Shown here one piece after another: positions 10,822 through 23,519 of a stretch of DNA of 64,000 bases (within the stretch, counting starts at the first letter, position 1; each line of letters starts with the position of its first letter). The translations under genes and the position numbers were made by a program. The notes beneath the pieces are model-generated. The model searched no databases. It saw only the letters and a program-made list of their open reading frames with translations, and was not told the DNA's origin. The stretch lies in assembly GCA_020137815.1 (NCBI GenBank), contig CM035350.1, positions 2,666,001 to 2,730,000 on the forward strand, read 5' to 3'. Source of the stretch: Hormiphora californensis (lineage: Eukaryota > Animalia > Ctenophora).

Positions 10822-12820
10822 ATGGTATTTCTATGGCTGAACAGTATAAGTTATGCACACTTCGCAACTAAGAACAAGTACTACTGGCGCCTCGGCACTG
10901 ATAGGACGTGGAAAAATTTGGCGTTATTAGCATTTATATTTTTTATGTACGCCTGGATTTGCACCAGGTAGGAAGAAATGTTTTACTGTGTGTAGAGCAT
11001 TTTTAGCGCCATTTCACAAGAGCACGAACATTTCAGTACAGGATGAGAGTTCTCATCATCTAGGACTTAGTGCTCTCCTCTTTATGTTACAGTTACTAAC
11101 TGTCACCCCACTAGTTCCCCCTCCCTCCCCCAGATGGCAAGGCTGGTATGGAACTGATTTAGAACCGAGATGTGTGGTGCCCCCTGAAGAGATAGAGGAC
11201 ATGAGGGATCTGGGGAGAAAAACACGGAGTGTCCTCGATAAACATGGTACACACACATTGAGAGTTTTTTAAATTAGTTTCGTAATATTTGAAGTCCTGA
11301 TATGTACTTTCTTACCGGTTTCAAAAGTTTTGAAACATACTTTATTCCCCCAGGTCTAACGTATGTGTTGGGTTTTGGGTCCCTTTGGGGAGCCCTCCGA
11401 ATAGGGGATATACTTCCATGGGATATAGACATAGACTTATGTGAGTAGATTCACTATCATCTATACTTCTAGTATCTTGTGATGAATATTACAGGAGATT
11501 CACAAAATTAACACCCAATTTCTCTTGTCGGGGTACGGTATTTGAAAACATTGTCTCCACTGTAACACCCTTCCCTTGTCTGCAGTGGTGATGGTAGATA
11601 GAGGTGCTAATATGGATCAACTTGTGGGAGAATTACAAAAGGATCTACTGGATCAGGGACTAGAGGTTCACTATAGAGATTGGATTGGGATCATTCAGTG
11701 CTATTCTACTAAATATCACTCTCAGGTACTTGTTGTTGTTATGTTCTAACCCTCCTTTACATTTGTTTCCCGTGCGGGGTGTAGTGAAACAGGGTCGAGC
11801 AAGGCAAACTTGTTCCATTTTACCCTCCTTTTCTTGCTAATGATCCCTCTCTTTTTCTAGTTGGATATTTCAATTTGGTGTGACTATTACGGGACGGGAA
11901 CGATGCACCGCTGCACAGGAATGGAGCCCTGGGTATTGTGGTTACATCACCGAAAGAAGTACGCCTTCCCAGCTCGACTTGTAGCTCCACCCCTCCCTAC
12001 ACTACCCTTCATCAATGGGTATGTGACATGTTCTAACCCTCCCTTTACATTTGTGCTTGGTAACGCAATTACCCCTACATTGCGGGCACGCTAAAACGTG
12101 CCTTACTATCGCAATGCCCTATGTAGTGGGTAATTTCGTTACCAACATTTGTGCGGGGCTCGCGAAAGGCAGTCTAGCTTGGCAAGTATGTGACATGTGT
12201 AATGTATACCACCGATAACGACATTGGACATAACCCGCTATCGTCTTGTTATGTTTTAACCCTCCTTTACATTTTTATATTTGCACGTTAGAACATCCAT
12301 TAATTTGTCTACGTTCTTCTACCTCCACCCCGCTATAATAAGGAAGAAAGGAATGAAGGACCCCCAGTCTCAAAATCACCTGTGATCTAACGAGTCATTA
12401 AATCTCTTTGTACGTGCACGTCTATTACTTATAAGGCACCAGTTAGAGATTCCCAGGCATCAGTTCCCAAGCTCGGCAGTTCCCAAGCTCGGGAAGCAAG
12501 TGAGTGCTGACGGTGCGCGTGAGTACTACTTTCCATTCAGTTTACGTGACGCGCAGCAATGTCACATGGTTCACACAGAACCATCTGCGTGCCCGGGCAT
12601 CATGATGGCCGGGCATGCAGGAACGCGCCGTGCCCTGATGCCTGGGAGCGTCCCCCGGATATCAGGGTAGCAATCTGTAACTTGTGCGTATCATGTTTCA
12701 ATTTGTTCTCCTCACGTTCTCTGTTTTAGGTCGTGGCCGGTGCCACACGGAGGTATAGAGTTACAGAAGGTACACTACCCAGACGATTGGTGGAAAGTTT
12801 CAAAGCCCCGTGGTTGTTGA
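10822..12820 (+). CDS. LicD-family nucleotidyltransferase (fukutin/FKRP-like), type II membrane protein, 6 exons
   Basis: Exons 10822-10967, 11134-11246, 11354-11440, 11586-11725, 11861-12018, 12730-12820 join in frame with GT-AG. They give an N-terminal TM (LALLAFIFFMYAWIC), the LicD motif GSLWGALRIGDILPWDIDIDL, LDISIW, and C-terminal WPVPHGGIELQKVHYPDDW. Confidence 0.9.
12057..12145. mobile_element. 89-bp MITE with TTGGTAACG TIRs and 9-bp TSD
   Basis: TTGGTAACGCAATTACCCCTACAT ... ATGTAGTGGGTAATTTCGTTACCAA flanked by CATTTGTGC (12048-12056 and 12146-12154); lies in LicD intron 5. Confidence 0.75.
12437..12688. mobile_element. Probable MITE with imperfect TIRs in LicD intron 5
   Basis: GCACCAGTTAGAGATT pairs imperfectly with AATCTGTAACTTGTGC; internal TCCCAGGCATCAG pairs with CTGATGCCTGGGA. 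Confidence 0.45.
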
Positions 12821-13039
12821 TTTGTATATTTGATTTGATTTAATTTTTACCCGGTAGTAAAAGAGATATATATTTTGTAGCTTAACGATTTTCTTCTTAT
12901 TTATGTAACGTTTTCATTTTTGTTTGGTTTAACAGCACGAGATTGGGAATTTCCTTCGTTAATCGTTCAATTGAAACATGATGTCTGAATCTTGAAAATA
13001 ACCCGGTTGAGGAAGTTTCATGGGAATCAAGGACAACGT

Positions 13040-13260
13040 TGTAACGCGCAACGCTACGACACTGGACAACTTGGCGCGAAACATTGACACGCGCAAACTC
13101 ACTTTTGACTTTCCAGTCGCGCGCAAGGGAATTGAAAGCGCGCGGCGTTCAGATCCCGGCCCGGCTGGACACGTAAAAATTTTTGAAAGTGATTTTCTGA
13201 TTTCTTTGAAAAGCGCTGCCTTATCCCGCGCTGCGCGTGGCGGGGGCCAGCAACGTTTGC
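13040..13260. promoter_or_regulatory. CGCG-dense island, candidate promoter for the downstream + strand gene run
   Basis: Cluster of CGCG/GCGCGC motifs in AT-rich context about 150-380 bp upstream of the GPKOW ATG; similar islands occur at 38820-38890 and 53190-53255. Confidence 0.35.
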
Positions 13261-13416
13261 CAACTGATTTCTCCAGTTTCTCCAACCTCGTAACTGCTGC
13301 TTCATGTTTAGGGCCTAGAACACTAACACAGAACAACACAAGTTTGTTTCACTGCTATCTAATTCCCTCAAAAATTCGAATTTTCTTCTCAGGTGGATCT
13401 GAGCCGAGAAGGAATC

Positions 13417-14627
13417 ATGTCCGAACCAGTCAAATTCTCTTTCAAACGGAAATCAGAGCAACCCCGAAACTTGAACATTGTTCCAGAGGAAAAGGATGAT
13501 GCCCAGTACATCACTAACACTCAAGAAATCACAGAGGTGCGCCCCAAGAAGCGAAAACAACTTGTTATACCTCATAAAAAGAATCTTTGGCAACCCGGTG
13601 TTGGGGTTGTCGACGATCTGACCGCTCAGGCAATCCAAGAACTACAATCTGATCCGAACAGCCGGAAAGAGGAATCCAACAGAGAGATTGCTATGTCTGA
13701 GAGTGAGAACAACAAGAGTTCCCTGAAGTTTCCTGGTGTGACACCTCAAATCGAATCTACTCTTGAGGAGTATGACGATGTCCCTATTACAGATTTTGGT
13801 GCTGCTCTTCTTCGTGGTATGGGCTGGGAGAAAGGAAAGGGTGTTGGCAGAAGTCGGAAGGTTTGTGATGTGATTGATTTCACGGTAAAGAAAAGGACTC
13901 TGGGTGTGACAATCCACGAGGAAGAGAATGCTGAGGCTCAGAAAATGATGGCTGAGTTCAGGTTAGGTGACTATATTGAGATTATGAGTGGCCCAGAGAA
14001 GGGTAAATCAGGTAAAATCCTTTCATTGTCCTTGGAGACATCACGCTGCATCGTCCGGTTACCGAGTGAAGAAATGGCTGATCTCGCTGTTTTGTGTATT
14101 GGTAAGGGTAATAAAGAGGAGTACTTGCGACAGAGGGACAGCTACGTCGATGATGCTCCAGATGTTTTTGCTGTACCGAAACCTAGCACGAAGAAAGAGC
14201 CTAAACGGGATCCCAAATCCAACGGGGAATCTACTAACAACAGTTCAGTTGGGAACAGTAAGAAGAAGGCCTGGCTACATAGAGATTTAAAAGTCAGGGT
14301 TGTTAGTCAGGAGTTTAGGAAGGGAAGATATTACTGCAAGAAAGTTGATATTGTCGATATTGTCGATCCTACAACCTGTACCTGCCGGAGCGAGAGCGGG
14401 AAACTACTAGAAAACGTGCCCCAGGACATTTTAGAAACGGTAATTCCCGAGAAATCCAGGTTCACTTGTCATGTTGCTTGACAAGGAACATCGTTGGCAA
14501 GGTTGCCGAGCTTGCAGATAAGGACTCTAAAAAGGAATGTATAGTTGCTGTAACTTTAATTGAGAAGGAGGCAGTGACTGTTTCATTTAGTGAGGCTTGC
14601 CAGTACGTTGGTGATGCAATGAGATAG
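13417..14627 (+). CDS. GPKOW: G-patch and KOW domain protein (Spp2/MOS2 splicing factor), intronless, two apparent indels near the C-terminus
   Basis: YDDVPITDFGAALLRGMGWEKGKGVG (G-patch), KOW motif, WLHRDLKVRVV, LETVIP. After shifts at about 14453 and 14494 it continues GSLVMLLDKEHR / GKVAELADKD...VSFSEACQYVG to a stop at 14627. Confidence 0.9.
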
Positions 14628-14732
14628 CAATGTGTGTGTTTTGATGTTATTGTATTGCTTACAAAGATGATCCCTCATTATATACTGCTCTTGTTTTATC
14701 TCGCTCGTCTGTTTCTCTCGATCCCTAAACCC

Positions 14733-15270
14733 TGTCCCAAGACCCAACTCCCAATCCCTGTCCCAACCTCTCCCCCTGTTCTGTCCCAAGACCCAACTCC
14801 CAATTTCTGTCCCAATCTCTCCACCTGTACTGTCACAAGACCCAACTCCCAATCCCTGTCCCAATCTCTCCCCCTGTGCTGTCCCAAGACCCAACTCCCA
14901 ATTTCTGTCCCAATCTCTCCCCCTGTGCTGTCCCAAGACCCAACTCCCAATTTCTGTCCCAATCTCTCCCCCTGTACTGTCCCAAGACCCAACTCCCAAT
15001 TTCTGTCCCAATCTTTCCCCCTGTACTGTCACAAGACCCAACTCCCAATTTCTGTCCCAATCTCTCCCCCTGTGCTGTCCCAAGACCCAACTCCCAATTT
15101 CTGTCCCAATCTCTCCCCCTGTACTGTCCCAAGACCCAACTCCCAATTTCTGTCCCAATCTCTCCCCCTGTGCTGTCCCAAGACCCAACTCCCAATTTCT
15201 GTCCCAATCTCTCCCCCTGTGCTGTCCCTAGACCCAACTCCCAATCCCTGTCCCAATCTCTGCCCATATC
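14733..15270. repeat. 49-bp minisatellite, about 11 copies
   Basis: Unit TGTCCCAAGACCCAACTCCCAATTTCTGTCCCAATCTCTCCCCCTGTGC (e.g. copies at 14880 and 14929). Confidence 0.95.
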
Positions 15271-15312
15271 CCTGCCCCGATCTATGACACAACTGCCCTC
15301 CCTTTTAGGAAG

Positions 15313-18300
15313 ATGAACCAGCAACAGCAGTTTGGTATGTATGGCATTCAGCCTCCCGCTCAACTCACACCAGAGCAAATGGCGGCCATGCAGAAGCAAC
15401 AGCAACTGTTCCTTAAGCAACAACAACAGTACATGGCCCAACAGCAACAACTACAGAAACAGATGCAGCGGGAGGAACAGAGGAACAGGTTGCGGAACAT
15501 GAATGTTAGGAGTATGGGAACACCGACATATAACCAAGCTACACCGGGACCGAGAGTTCAAGGTGTTGGTGGTTACCATGGTTACCCGCAACCAGGTTCA
15601 TTACCACAGCAACAACCGTCACCTTTTGTGCAGCAGCAGCAGCAGCAGTTTGTACAGCAGGGAGGAGGGTTCGTGCAGCAACAACCAGCACCATCAACCC
15701 CGTATCAGCCGTACCAGGCGGGGTTTCCACCACAACAACAGGGCTTCCCACCTCGGCAGCAGGGTTTTAATAACAGCACCTTTTCACCCTCACAGCCGCA
15801 ATTCACTTCCCCAACTGCTTCCTATCCTCCCAACAACATGCAGCCTACATCTCAACCGAACCAAACCTCGTTCTCACATTCAAAGCAACCACCTTTCTCC
15901 CAATCTAGCCAAACTCCATTTTCACAACCAAATCAGCCCTCATTTCCCCCAAGAACGCCTCTAACCAACTCTCATCAACCTGGAACATTCACCCAACAAC
16001 AGAGTTTCCAACCCCCTCCATTTCCCCAGCCATCATCCCAGCCATTTTTCAATTCCGGCAGCACAGTTTCGCAACCCAACTCGACACCTCTTTCCCGACC
16101 CCAAATATCGCAACCTGGTTCATTTTCAAGCACCCTTCTAACACCCTCCCAGCCAAATCAAATGCCATCTCCATCCCAACCTCTTAATAACTCAACTCAA
16201 ATTACATTCCCGAACGGCTCCTTGATAACGCCATCCCCTCAACATCCCTTCCCTCCCATCTCATCACAACCGCTTGCACCAATTTCATCACAACCTCTTG
16301 CACCAATTTCATCACAACCTCTTGCACCAATTTCATCACAACCTCTTGCACCAATTTCATCACAACCACTCACCCCTGTAAAACCTGTAAAATGTGAAGC
16401 AACAAGTGATCTTATCAGTGGTTTTGTAGCATCAGCAGCATCTGAACCATCTTCCACAGGTGGTGGAGTCACATCCCTTTTTGCACCCCAGCCTCCTAAT
16501 CTTGGGGAGGAGGATGATTTTGGTGATTTTGCAGCTCCTGTACCATCTGGAATTAACGGTGTGACACCAAACAACCACTTGCCCACTTCCAACAATTCTC
16601 TCATCGGTGGTGGGTTCTCAACAGAACCATTTTCCGCATTCAACAACACTCAATCATCGCTTCCCGATATTACCGCTCCCAAGAAGCAGCCTACATTTAC
16701 ATCTCCTTCGGTTCATCCTCCCGTTATCGAAGATGAGGATGATTTCGGTGACTTTGCTGGACCAGCTACAGGAACACCTTTCCCCCTGCTGACAAGTCCC
16801 CCTACTGCCCCTAGTCCCTCCCCTTCTCTGCAGTCCAGCTCAGGGACCGAATACATCCCAGGAACTTTAGTGGATGAAAACGCGGATGTGATCCACAGTG
16901 TGGAAATGTTTGCTAAACCCATCACCACTCAGAACAGCCAGACCAAATCTGAGTTTGACAAACTTATTGAGAAATCGTTGAGTGGTAAAGCGACTAAATC
17001 AGATCCAAAAGAGCTGTTCAGACCGGTTTCTAAACCAGCAATTCCATCCATGAAGTCAGATGTAAAAGTATCTGCAAACGCGGCAAATTGGGCCTCCTTG
17101 GATCTTGGAGGAGTTTTCGGAACTGAGGAAAAAACTGAGGAAGATGATTTTGGAGATTTCCTTGCATCGGAAACGAAAGGTCCAATGGCATCTCTTCCTT
17201 CAAACTCAGATTCAAATTCAAATGACATTTTCTCAATATTTGGTTCAACTGAACCACCCAAGACCACAGTCGCTCCAGCGTTTTCTTTCCTTGATGAACC
17301 TACCACCAAACCTCAACCAGCCGTTGCCCCGATCTTGGACATCTTTTCGTCAAACCACGCTCCTCCGAAGACTCCCGATCTATTGGACGGACTATTTTCA
17401 GCTGGAGCACCGAAACCGAAAACTATTTCCGAGTCATCCGACCAGGCGTGGTCGGATTTCACCTCAACAGCCCCAGTTCAGCCCATCGCATCACACCCTG
17501 CTATGCCACTACCACTGATCACTCCGGCTGTCCCTGGCAAGATCCCCGATTTGTACCAGCAGATAGTACAGTTTTGTGACACTCCCAGTGGTATTATTGA
17601 TGTTAGTAAAGTGTACGAAGTTATGCTGACGGATTCCTTCCAGGTCATCGCTCTGCAACCCCTGATGGGTCAATGTAATATGTCTGAGCGACCACGAGCT
17701 GCCGATCTGATCGATTTGATTGGTTTGGTAGCGTTGAAACAGAAGGGGTTCCCTGCCCCCGTCAAAGCCGATATTAATTATCAGAAACTTATCCTACCAT
17801 CGGTTAATAGCAAGGTCCTAAAATCGGTAAAACTGAAGAGTGATAAACCGACTTTACTTTCGTTTGTGGAACCCGAGAAAAAAGAACCGAAGTTCAAACC
17901 TGTCTTTGATTTTGGTACGTCTGGTACGATTGACTTTGCAAATGCCCCCTTCGCGGGGGAAGAGAAAAAGTCTGCAGCTGATGCAGAAGATGACGAATGG
18001 GGTGATTTTGGAACTGTCGATGATGTCACTAAGAAGACCGGGTTTGATACACTTTTCGGGGAATCCGAACCAGTTGATCTGTTTTCCTCAGCCCCAATAA
18101 TACCACCCTTCTCTTCGTCAGCATCAATAGCCCCCAAAATCGGAGGACCAATGGTGGCTGCCCCAAAAAGCCGCAAGCCACCCCCGGTAAACTGGGACGA
18201 GCCGCCGCCACTTTCTGAGGAGGAGGATGACGATTGGGCTGATTTCGCTCACCCTGGCCAGAAGTGGGGGATAGACCATGATGAACTGGACCAGGCTGCC

Positions 18301-19743
18301 GTGAACAACATTGCTACTAAAAACAGGTGGGGAGATGTGAGAAGAGATCAGGCAGGAGCTGCTGGAGACAGGGACTGTATTGATGTGGAGGATGATGATG
18401 ATGGTACTTGTTCCCGGTTCTTCAAAGATGATGATGATGATGTTCCTGTTGTTATGGCAACATCAGCCAGTAATGTTCCTGTTGTTATGGCAACATCAGC
18501 CAGTAATGTTCCTGTTGCTACGGAGACTCCTAATGTAGAGAAGGCACGGAAGGACTTTGATAGCGTTTTGACCCTCGATGAACCTCCCTCTGGAAACCTG
18601 TTCACACCTGGTGAGATGGAGATGAAGGCTAATTTCAGCACAATAACCACTGGGTCATCACCTTTTAAAACAGATTTCGCTGTTCCACCTCCGCCCCTTA
18701 AATCGGAGTCAAAACCTAAAAGGGATCTGGATAGGTTGGCATCACTGGATACAGAGGAAAATAATTTTGATCCTTTTAGTAGTTCTGTTAAAACCTCCGC
18801 TGCCTTTGATCCTTTTGAAGATCCCTCAAATGATTTGGATAGACTCGCCTCTACTGACGATCATACTGAAGAAGTCGGAGAATCTTTCAATCCCTTCGCT
18901 GACTTCCAGGAAACTGCTGATGACATCACTGAGCCTGATAATGAGGAGGCGGCTGGGGAAGATGATGATTTTGGAGATTTCTCAGAATTTCAAGGATCCG
19001 AGGAAATGTCAGAAGCTACAGAGGCCTCCAAAACGGATTCTTTGGCGCTGAAGAATCTACCCAGCAAAGACTTGGATGGGTTTTGGAACGATATGGTTGA
19101 TTCTCTCGGTCCCAAGGTTGAAAAACAGGTAGAACCAGAGCCAGCATTTGACTTTGCCTCATTTTCAGAAGATCCCCAAACTCCAGTCCCTGAACAACAG
19201 GTCAGCTATGACGCGTTTAAAGACAACCCTGCCCCGGCTGCGGATGAGGACAGGCTCGGTGCCTGGAGCAAGTGTCTATCTCTCGTGTTGGCCACCCTCA
19301 TAACATGTCAATCCAGCCTCTCCAACCCCTCCCAAGAAGTTCTGAGAGAAGTTGTCGAGAGCGAGAAGGGTCAGACATACCTGACAGCAGTTACAGAAGT
19401 GTTCAAAGTAGCGTGTAGGGTCAGTCAGTCAGGATCTCACGAGGACGGGGTGGTGGAGATCTTCAAGGAGATAAAGCATACCTGGACCCTGGTGAGTGAG
19501 GCGCTGGATGGCATTATAGATCTGCCCACTCCGAGGGAGTTTAACATCCCCGGTGGAAGCAATGAGGTGGAGTGGGATAGGAACTGTGGGATATGTCTGT
19601 TGGATACCAAGGGAGATGGAGAGAAGAGTGTCCTTCAGTATAACCGTATTATGTACCATGTCACTTGTGCTAACTTCTGGCTCAACTCAATAGACGATAT
19701 GCTACCCAATCTGAATAGAAAACTTGATCAGCCACTCTTGTAA
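15313..19743 (+). CDS. SYNRG: Synergin gamma-like AP-1/clathrin adaptor accessory protein, single exon, 1476 aa
   Basis: Q/P-rich N-terminus; many DDFGDF/DEWGDF/DDWADF gamma-adaptin-ear motifs and DPF/NPF motifs; synergin-type C-terminus CGICLLD...YHVTCANFWLN. Confidence 0.85.
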   Translation: MNQQQQFGMYGIQPPAQLTPEQMAAMQKQQQLFLKQQQQYMAQQQQLQKQMQREEQRNRLRNMNVRSMGTPTYNQATPGPRVQGVGGYHGYPQPGSLPQQQPSPFVQQQQQQFVQQGGGFVQQQPAPSTPYQPYQAGFPPQQQGFPPRQQGFNNSTFSPSQPQFTSPTASYPPNNMQPTSQPNQTSFSHSKQPPFSQSSQTPFSQPNQPSFPPRTPLTNSHQPGTFTQQQSFQPPPFPQPSSQPFFNSGSTVSQPNSTPLSRPQISQPGSFSSTLLTPSQPNQMPSPSQPLNNSTQITFPNGSLITPSPQHPFPPISSQPLAPISSQPLAPISSQPLAPISSQPLAPISSQPLTPVKPVKCEATSDLISGFVASAASEPSSTGGGVTSLFAPQPPNLGEEDDFGDFAAPVPSGINGVTPNNHLPTSNNSLIGGGFSTEPFSAFNNTQSSLPDITAPKKQPTFTSPSVHPPVIEDEDDFGDFAGPATGTPFPLLTSPPTAPSPSPSLQSSSGTEYIPGTLVDENADVIHSVEMFAKPITTQNSQTKSEFDKLIEKSLSGKATKSDPKELFRPVSKPAIPSMKSDVKVSANAANWASLDLGGVFGTEEKTEEDDFGDFLASETKGPMASLPSNSDSNSNDIFSIFGSTEPPKTTVAPAFSFLDEPTTKPQPAVAPILDIFSSNHAPPKTPDLLDGLFSAGAPKPKTISESSDQAWSDFTSTAPVQPIASHPAMPLPLITPAVPGKIPDLYQQIVQFCDTPSGIIDVSKVYEVMLTDSFQVIALQPLMGQCNMSERPRAADLIDLIGLVALKQKGFPAPVKADINYQKLILPSVNSKVLKSVKLKSDKPTLLSFVEPEKKEPKFKPVFDFGTSGTIDFANAPFAGEEKKSAADAEDDEWGDFGTVDDVTKKTGFDTLFGESEPVDLFSSAPIIPPFSSSASIAPKIGGPMVAAPKSRKPPPVNWDEPPPLSEEEDDDWADFAHPGQKWGIDHDELDQAAVNNIATKNRWGDVRRDQAGAAGDRDCIDVEDDDDGTCSRFFKDDDDDVPVVMATSASNVPVVMATSASNVPVATETPNVEKARKDFDSVLTLDEPPSGNLFTPGEMEMKANFSTITTGSSPFKTDFAVPPPPLKSESKPKRDLDRLASLDTEENNFDPFSSSVKTSAAFDPFEDPSNDLDRLASTDDHTEEVGESFNPFADFQETADDITEPDNEEAAGEDDDFGDFSEFQGSEEMSEATEASKTDSLALKNLPSKDLDGFWNDMVDSLGPKVEKQVEPEPAFDFASFSEDPQTPVPEQQVSYDAFKDNPAPAADEDRLGAWSKCLSLVLATLITCQSSLSNPSQEVLREVVESEKGQTYLTAVTEVFKVACRVSQSGSHEDGVVEIFKEIKHTWTLVSEALDGIIDLPTPREFNIPGGSNEVEWDRNCGICLLDTKGDGEKSVLQYNRIMYHVTCANFWLNSIDDMLPNLNRKLDQPLL

Positions 19744-20183
19744 CGAATGTATTTAGGTTTTGTTCCTTCGCGTGAAGTCTCTTGATGTTCTCGCCATTTT
19801 TTTTTTCTAAGACCTATTCTTCAAATAATCTGGTTTTGATAAAGTTTTTTTCGTGTGTGGGTTTATTTTCTTTTTCTTCGGTTGACGAATTATGGTTTTC
19901 AACCAATATGTTTATGCTACAGTAGAGAAATAATAGATAGTTGAATTTTGTTGATTTTAACCACAACCTTTAATTTAGGTGTACTGTGTACGTGTGTACG
20001 TGTGTGTTTGGTGTATAAAGCGTTTTTTTGTCGATTCACTGATCCAAATTTTAGTGTGATTCTGTTCACAGTTCACCAAATCTGTCTTTTTACCTTAAAA
20101 AGTGTTTCATTCTAACTCCCTCCTACATCAGCCCCTAAAAACACCTTCCCATTTTAATCCTCGCTATCTCCCTCTCTCTAGGC

Positions 20184-22507
20184 ATGGCCTATATCCCCCT
20201 CTATCCTCTGCAGGGAATGTACTGGAGTTACTGGACCCAGAGAGCGAGTTTCCTGACAGATACTTTTACTTCCAACCCTCCTATCACATCAACAATATCA
20301 CCATGAAGGATCTACAAGCCATGGTTCAGTATTCATCTGATGCTGATGCTTCCTGTGGATTTGTAACCCTTGACAATTATGAAGAGGATGAACTAATGGC
20401 GGCACCTCCTCACCACCCGGCAACCCTACCAACACCCCTGTTACCAACCCCTGGATCCCGGAAAACCCTCCTACCAACACCACTCCTTAGTCAAAATAGC
20501 TCAAAATACAACCCTACAAATAAGGACTACGCTGTTCGCCTACTCCAACTTGCCCATGGCTATATTACGGATAGTGGGCACATCTCACCCGACGACCTGA
20601 CTATGGAGGACCTGTTGGAGAAAATGGATCAATATCTGGCAATACCATTGGCCCAGCGATCAGGGGAGTTGTCGTGGTACCAAGCTGGCAAGTTTACCGA
20701 GTACCGGGGCCGGCTGAAGATGAAAATAGAGTTCCGGGAAATGAACATTGATACCTCGAAACAGAGCTACCAGGAGTGCGTGAGGAAGAAGAAGATTATG
20801 GAGGAGTTGGGGGTGAACAAGTTTAATTACGTGAACGAGAAGGTAGTTGATGAGATATATGAGAGGAGGAATAGGATGAGAGAGTTCAAGAACAACCTGA
20901 AAAAATCACTGGATGTTACTAAAGTTGACTCCAGCAAGTTGACTGCACATCAGCGGATTCTCCTTTTCAAACGGCACATCAAGTCAAAACAGGACAAAAT
21001 TGATAACACCAAACCGCTAAAACAACCAACTGCAGCTGGGGAATTCAATTATGCAATACGGAAACGAAAGAATCCCTTTGTTTATTCTACAACTGCTGCA
21101 CCCGTTGCTGACTGTAGGTTCTATCTAGCCACTGGAAAGTGCAAGTTTGGAACTAAATGTATCAGGAAACACGATCCATCTAAACTGCCGGCCAAGCTGA
21201 AACAGCAATACGCTAGGAGAATGCCTAAGAGCGCCTTTAAAGTTAACAACAACAAAAACAACAACTCCGTTCCGTCAACATCCTCTGCTGCTGTACCATC
21301 TACATCTGGTGTGGAGAAACAGCAGGTAGTGAAGCAGCAACCCACCAGAGCTGCAGACTTCAGGTTTATCAGCAACTCAACCCTCGGTCCAAAGAAGGTT
21401 GCTCGCAACAAGAAAGCCGTGGATCGGGCTCTAAAATGGAAGAGAAGGACAGTTCAACAAAAGCAGAAGGTTGATTGTATGTTTTACATCAGACGGGGTA
21501 CCTGCCTGTTTGGCGAGGAGTGCAGGAAGAAACATGACCCTGAGAAGGTTGCCTTGTGCCGGCGGTACATCTTTTACGGGAAGTGCCCCATTGTTGGCTG
21601 CCTCTTCCAACACAGGGTAGGTAGATATATCGCTCCGTCATTATTATAAACTTGATTCGAGACTCTCGACCACCTTGTCATTAGTTTACCGTTACACACA
21701 CTATAGTCTCACTTGTTATTTACCCACTCCCTCCCGCCACAGTGTGTCCCAGAGAAGATGCCCCTGTGCCTCTACTTCTACTGTGGGAAGTGCACCAAGG
21801 AGGACTGCCAGTTTCTACATGTCAAACTTAGTACCGATGTCCAAGTTTGTGATCGATTCCTCGCGGTACGTGACGTGTGCGTGTTTGCTTTTGGCTACTT
21901 TCGTCTTTCATCTAGATTTCTCAATTTTACCCTTACCCCCCTTTTTCTCACATTTTATGTAACGCCAGCCCTCTAGTATTATAACAACCGGCCCAATCTA
22001 CCTTGTACCTTTTAGGGGCACTGTGATCGAGGTAGCAAGTGTACCAGGAGGCACACCCGGGATTGTGAGATATACTTTGAAACGGGATTCTGCCCCCAGA
22101 GACTTGAGTGTCGTCTGGCACACGATCGTGAACTCAAGAAAAGAGGTACAAGAACTAAGTAGTAAATGATGACAGTTGTTGACCCAAACACTGAACAAGC
22201 TAATGTAGTTCTGTGTGTTTCAGAAGTAGAAGTGTTGGATCAACCTTACTTTGAGGGGGACGACTTTATTCCTGTTGGTGGAGAGCAGGTGAGATATGTT
22301 ATCCAATTCATTACCTAGCGGACCCTTGTTCTCGTACTTTTCATCTCTGCTCTGCTCTCTCGCATGATATTTCTTGTGAGGGAGGGTCAAACAAGTCAAG
22401 ACCCTTCTTCATTTCATATTTTTCACACTATCACGGTCGCAGTCGATCTTTCCTTAATCATACCTATATTATAACGAGATCTTGCTAACCAGTTACCATT
22501 CTCTCTT

Positions 22508-22606
<99 letters not shown>

Positions 22607-22978
22607 TCTCTCTCGCTCACACACACATACACTCTCTTCCAATAATATACGTACATTTACCGATCTGTGTACACTCTGCAGGAAATAACGAACGATGATA
22701 GCTGGATGGCTCTATCAGGTTTTAATCAGCCACCCCGGGACAGTGACCAAATCTCCATGATCTCCATGTCTATAGACCAGGAGGAGAGGGAGAGAATGGG
22801 AATATCACCCTTTGTAAACAGGAAGCGTCCCCTCCTGGATGATGATGATAGACCTGGTCCCTCTAATCGTACCACTGAGCCAGGTCCATCTGGGGTCCAG
22901 GGGGATATGTTAGTTGTGAAGGAGGAACCAATGGAGGATGTTACTATCCTAGACTCCTTCGAGGCACGGCCATATTAG
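20184..22978 (+). CDS. ZC3H3: CCCH zinc-finger protein, ZC3H3-like, 5 exons
   Basis: Exons ~20184-21616, 21743-21865, 22016-22145, 22224-22288, 22682-22978. Five tandem fingers CMFYIRRGTC..HDPEKVALC..EKMPLCLYF..HVKLSTDVQVCDRFLAGHC..DCEIYFETGFC resemble the ZC3H3 array. Start is uncertain (ATG 20184 with a 1-nt slip, or ATG 20303). Confidence 0.8.
22500..22630. repeat. (CT)n microsatellite in the last ZC3H3 intron
   Basis: Perfect CT run. Confidence 0.95.
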
Positions 22979-23349
22979 GATGTCCACAGGTAAGGTTTTT
23001 AAACGTTTTCCAAGTTTCCAATATTTGTTTGATATTTGTTTTCACTGTCATAATTACACAACAACGAAATGTGGAAACTCCGTCCAAAATCTGAATATTT
23101 ATTATAACAGAGAAGATGTTTAAAACAAGAAATATATATGCTGTTATAGTACTGAGCAAGCTCAGGAGAGAGAAAGAGACATTCAAAATAAGGGGGATTA
23201 TGCAACTGGGATACTAAGATTAAAAGAAACTTTCAAACAAAACCCATGTGTTTGCTTTTGTCGTGGCGTGTGTGTAATTTTGCAGTGGTCAGTGGTGATA
23301 CCAATACACTACAAGTTACTGCTTGTACAATTACACTGTACAGTGTACA

Positions 23350-23470
<121 letters not shown>

Positions 23471-23519
23471 TCTCTCCCTATCTTCCTATCACTCACTCTC
23501 GCTCCCCATTATAGCATGT

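Noticed and set aside
12959-13499. 126-159 aa ORFs upstream of GPKOW
   Set aside because: GC-rich promoter-like sequence with no recognisable domain; probably chance ORFs.
14583-15450. Six overlapping repetitive ORFs (LGLGTAQGERLGQK...)
   Set aside because: They are translations of the 49-bp minisatellite, whose period is not a multiple of 3.
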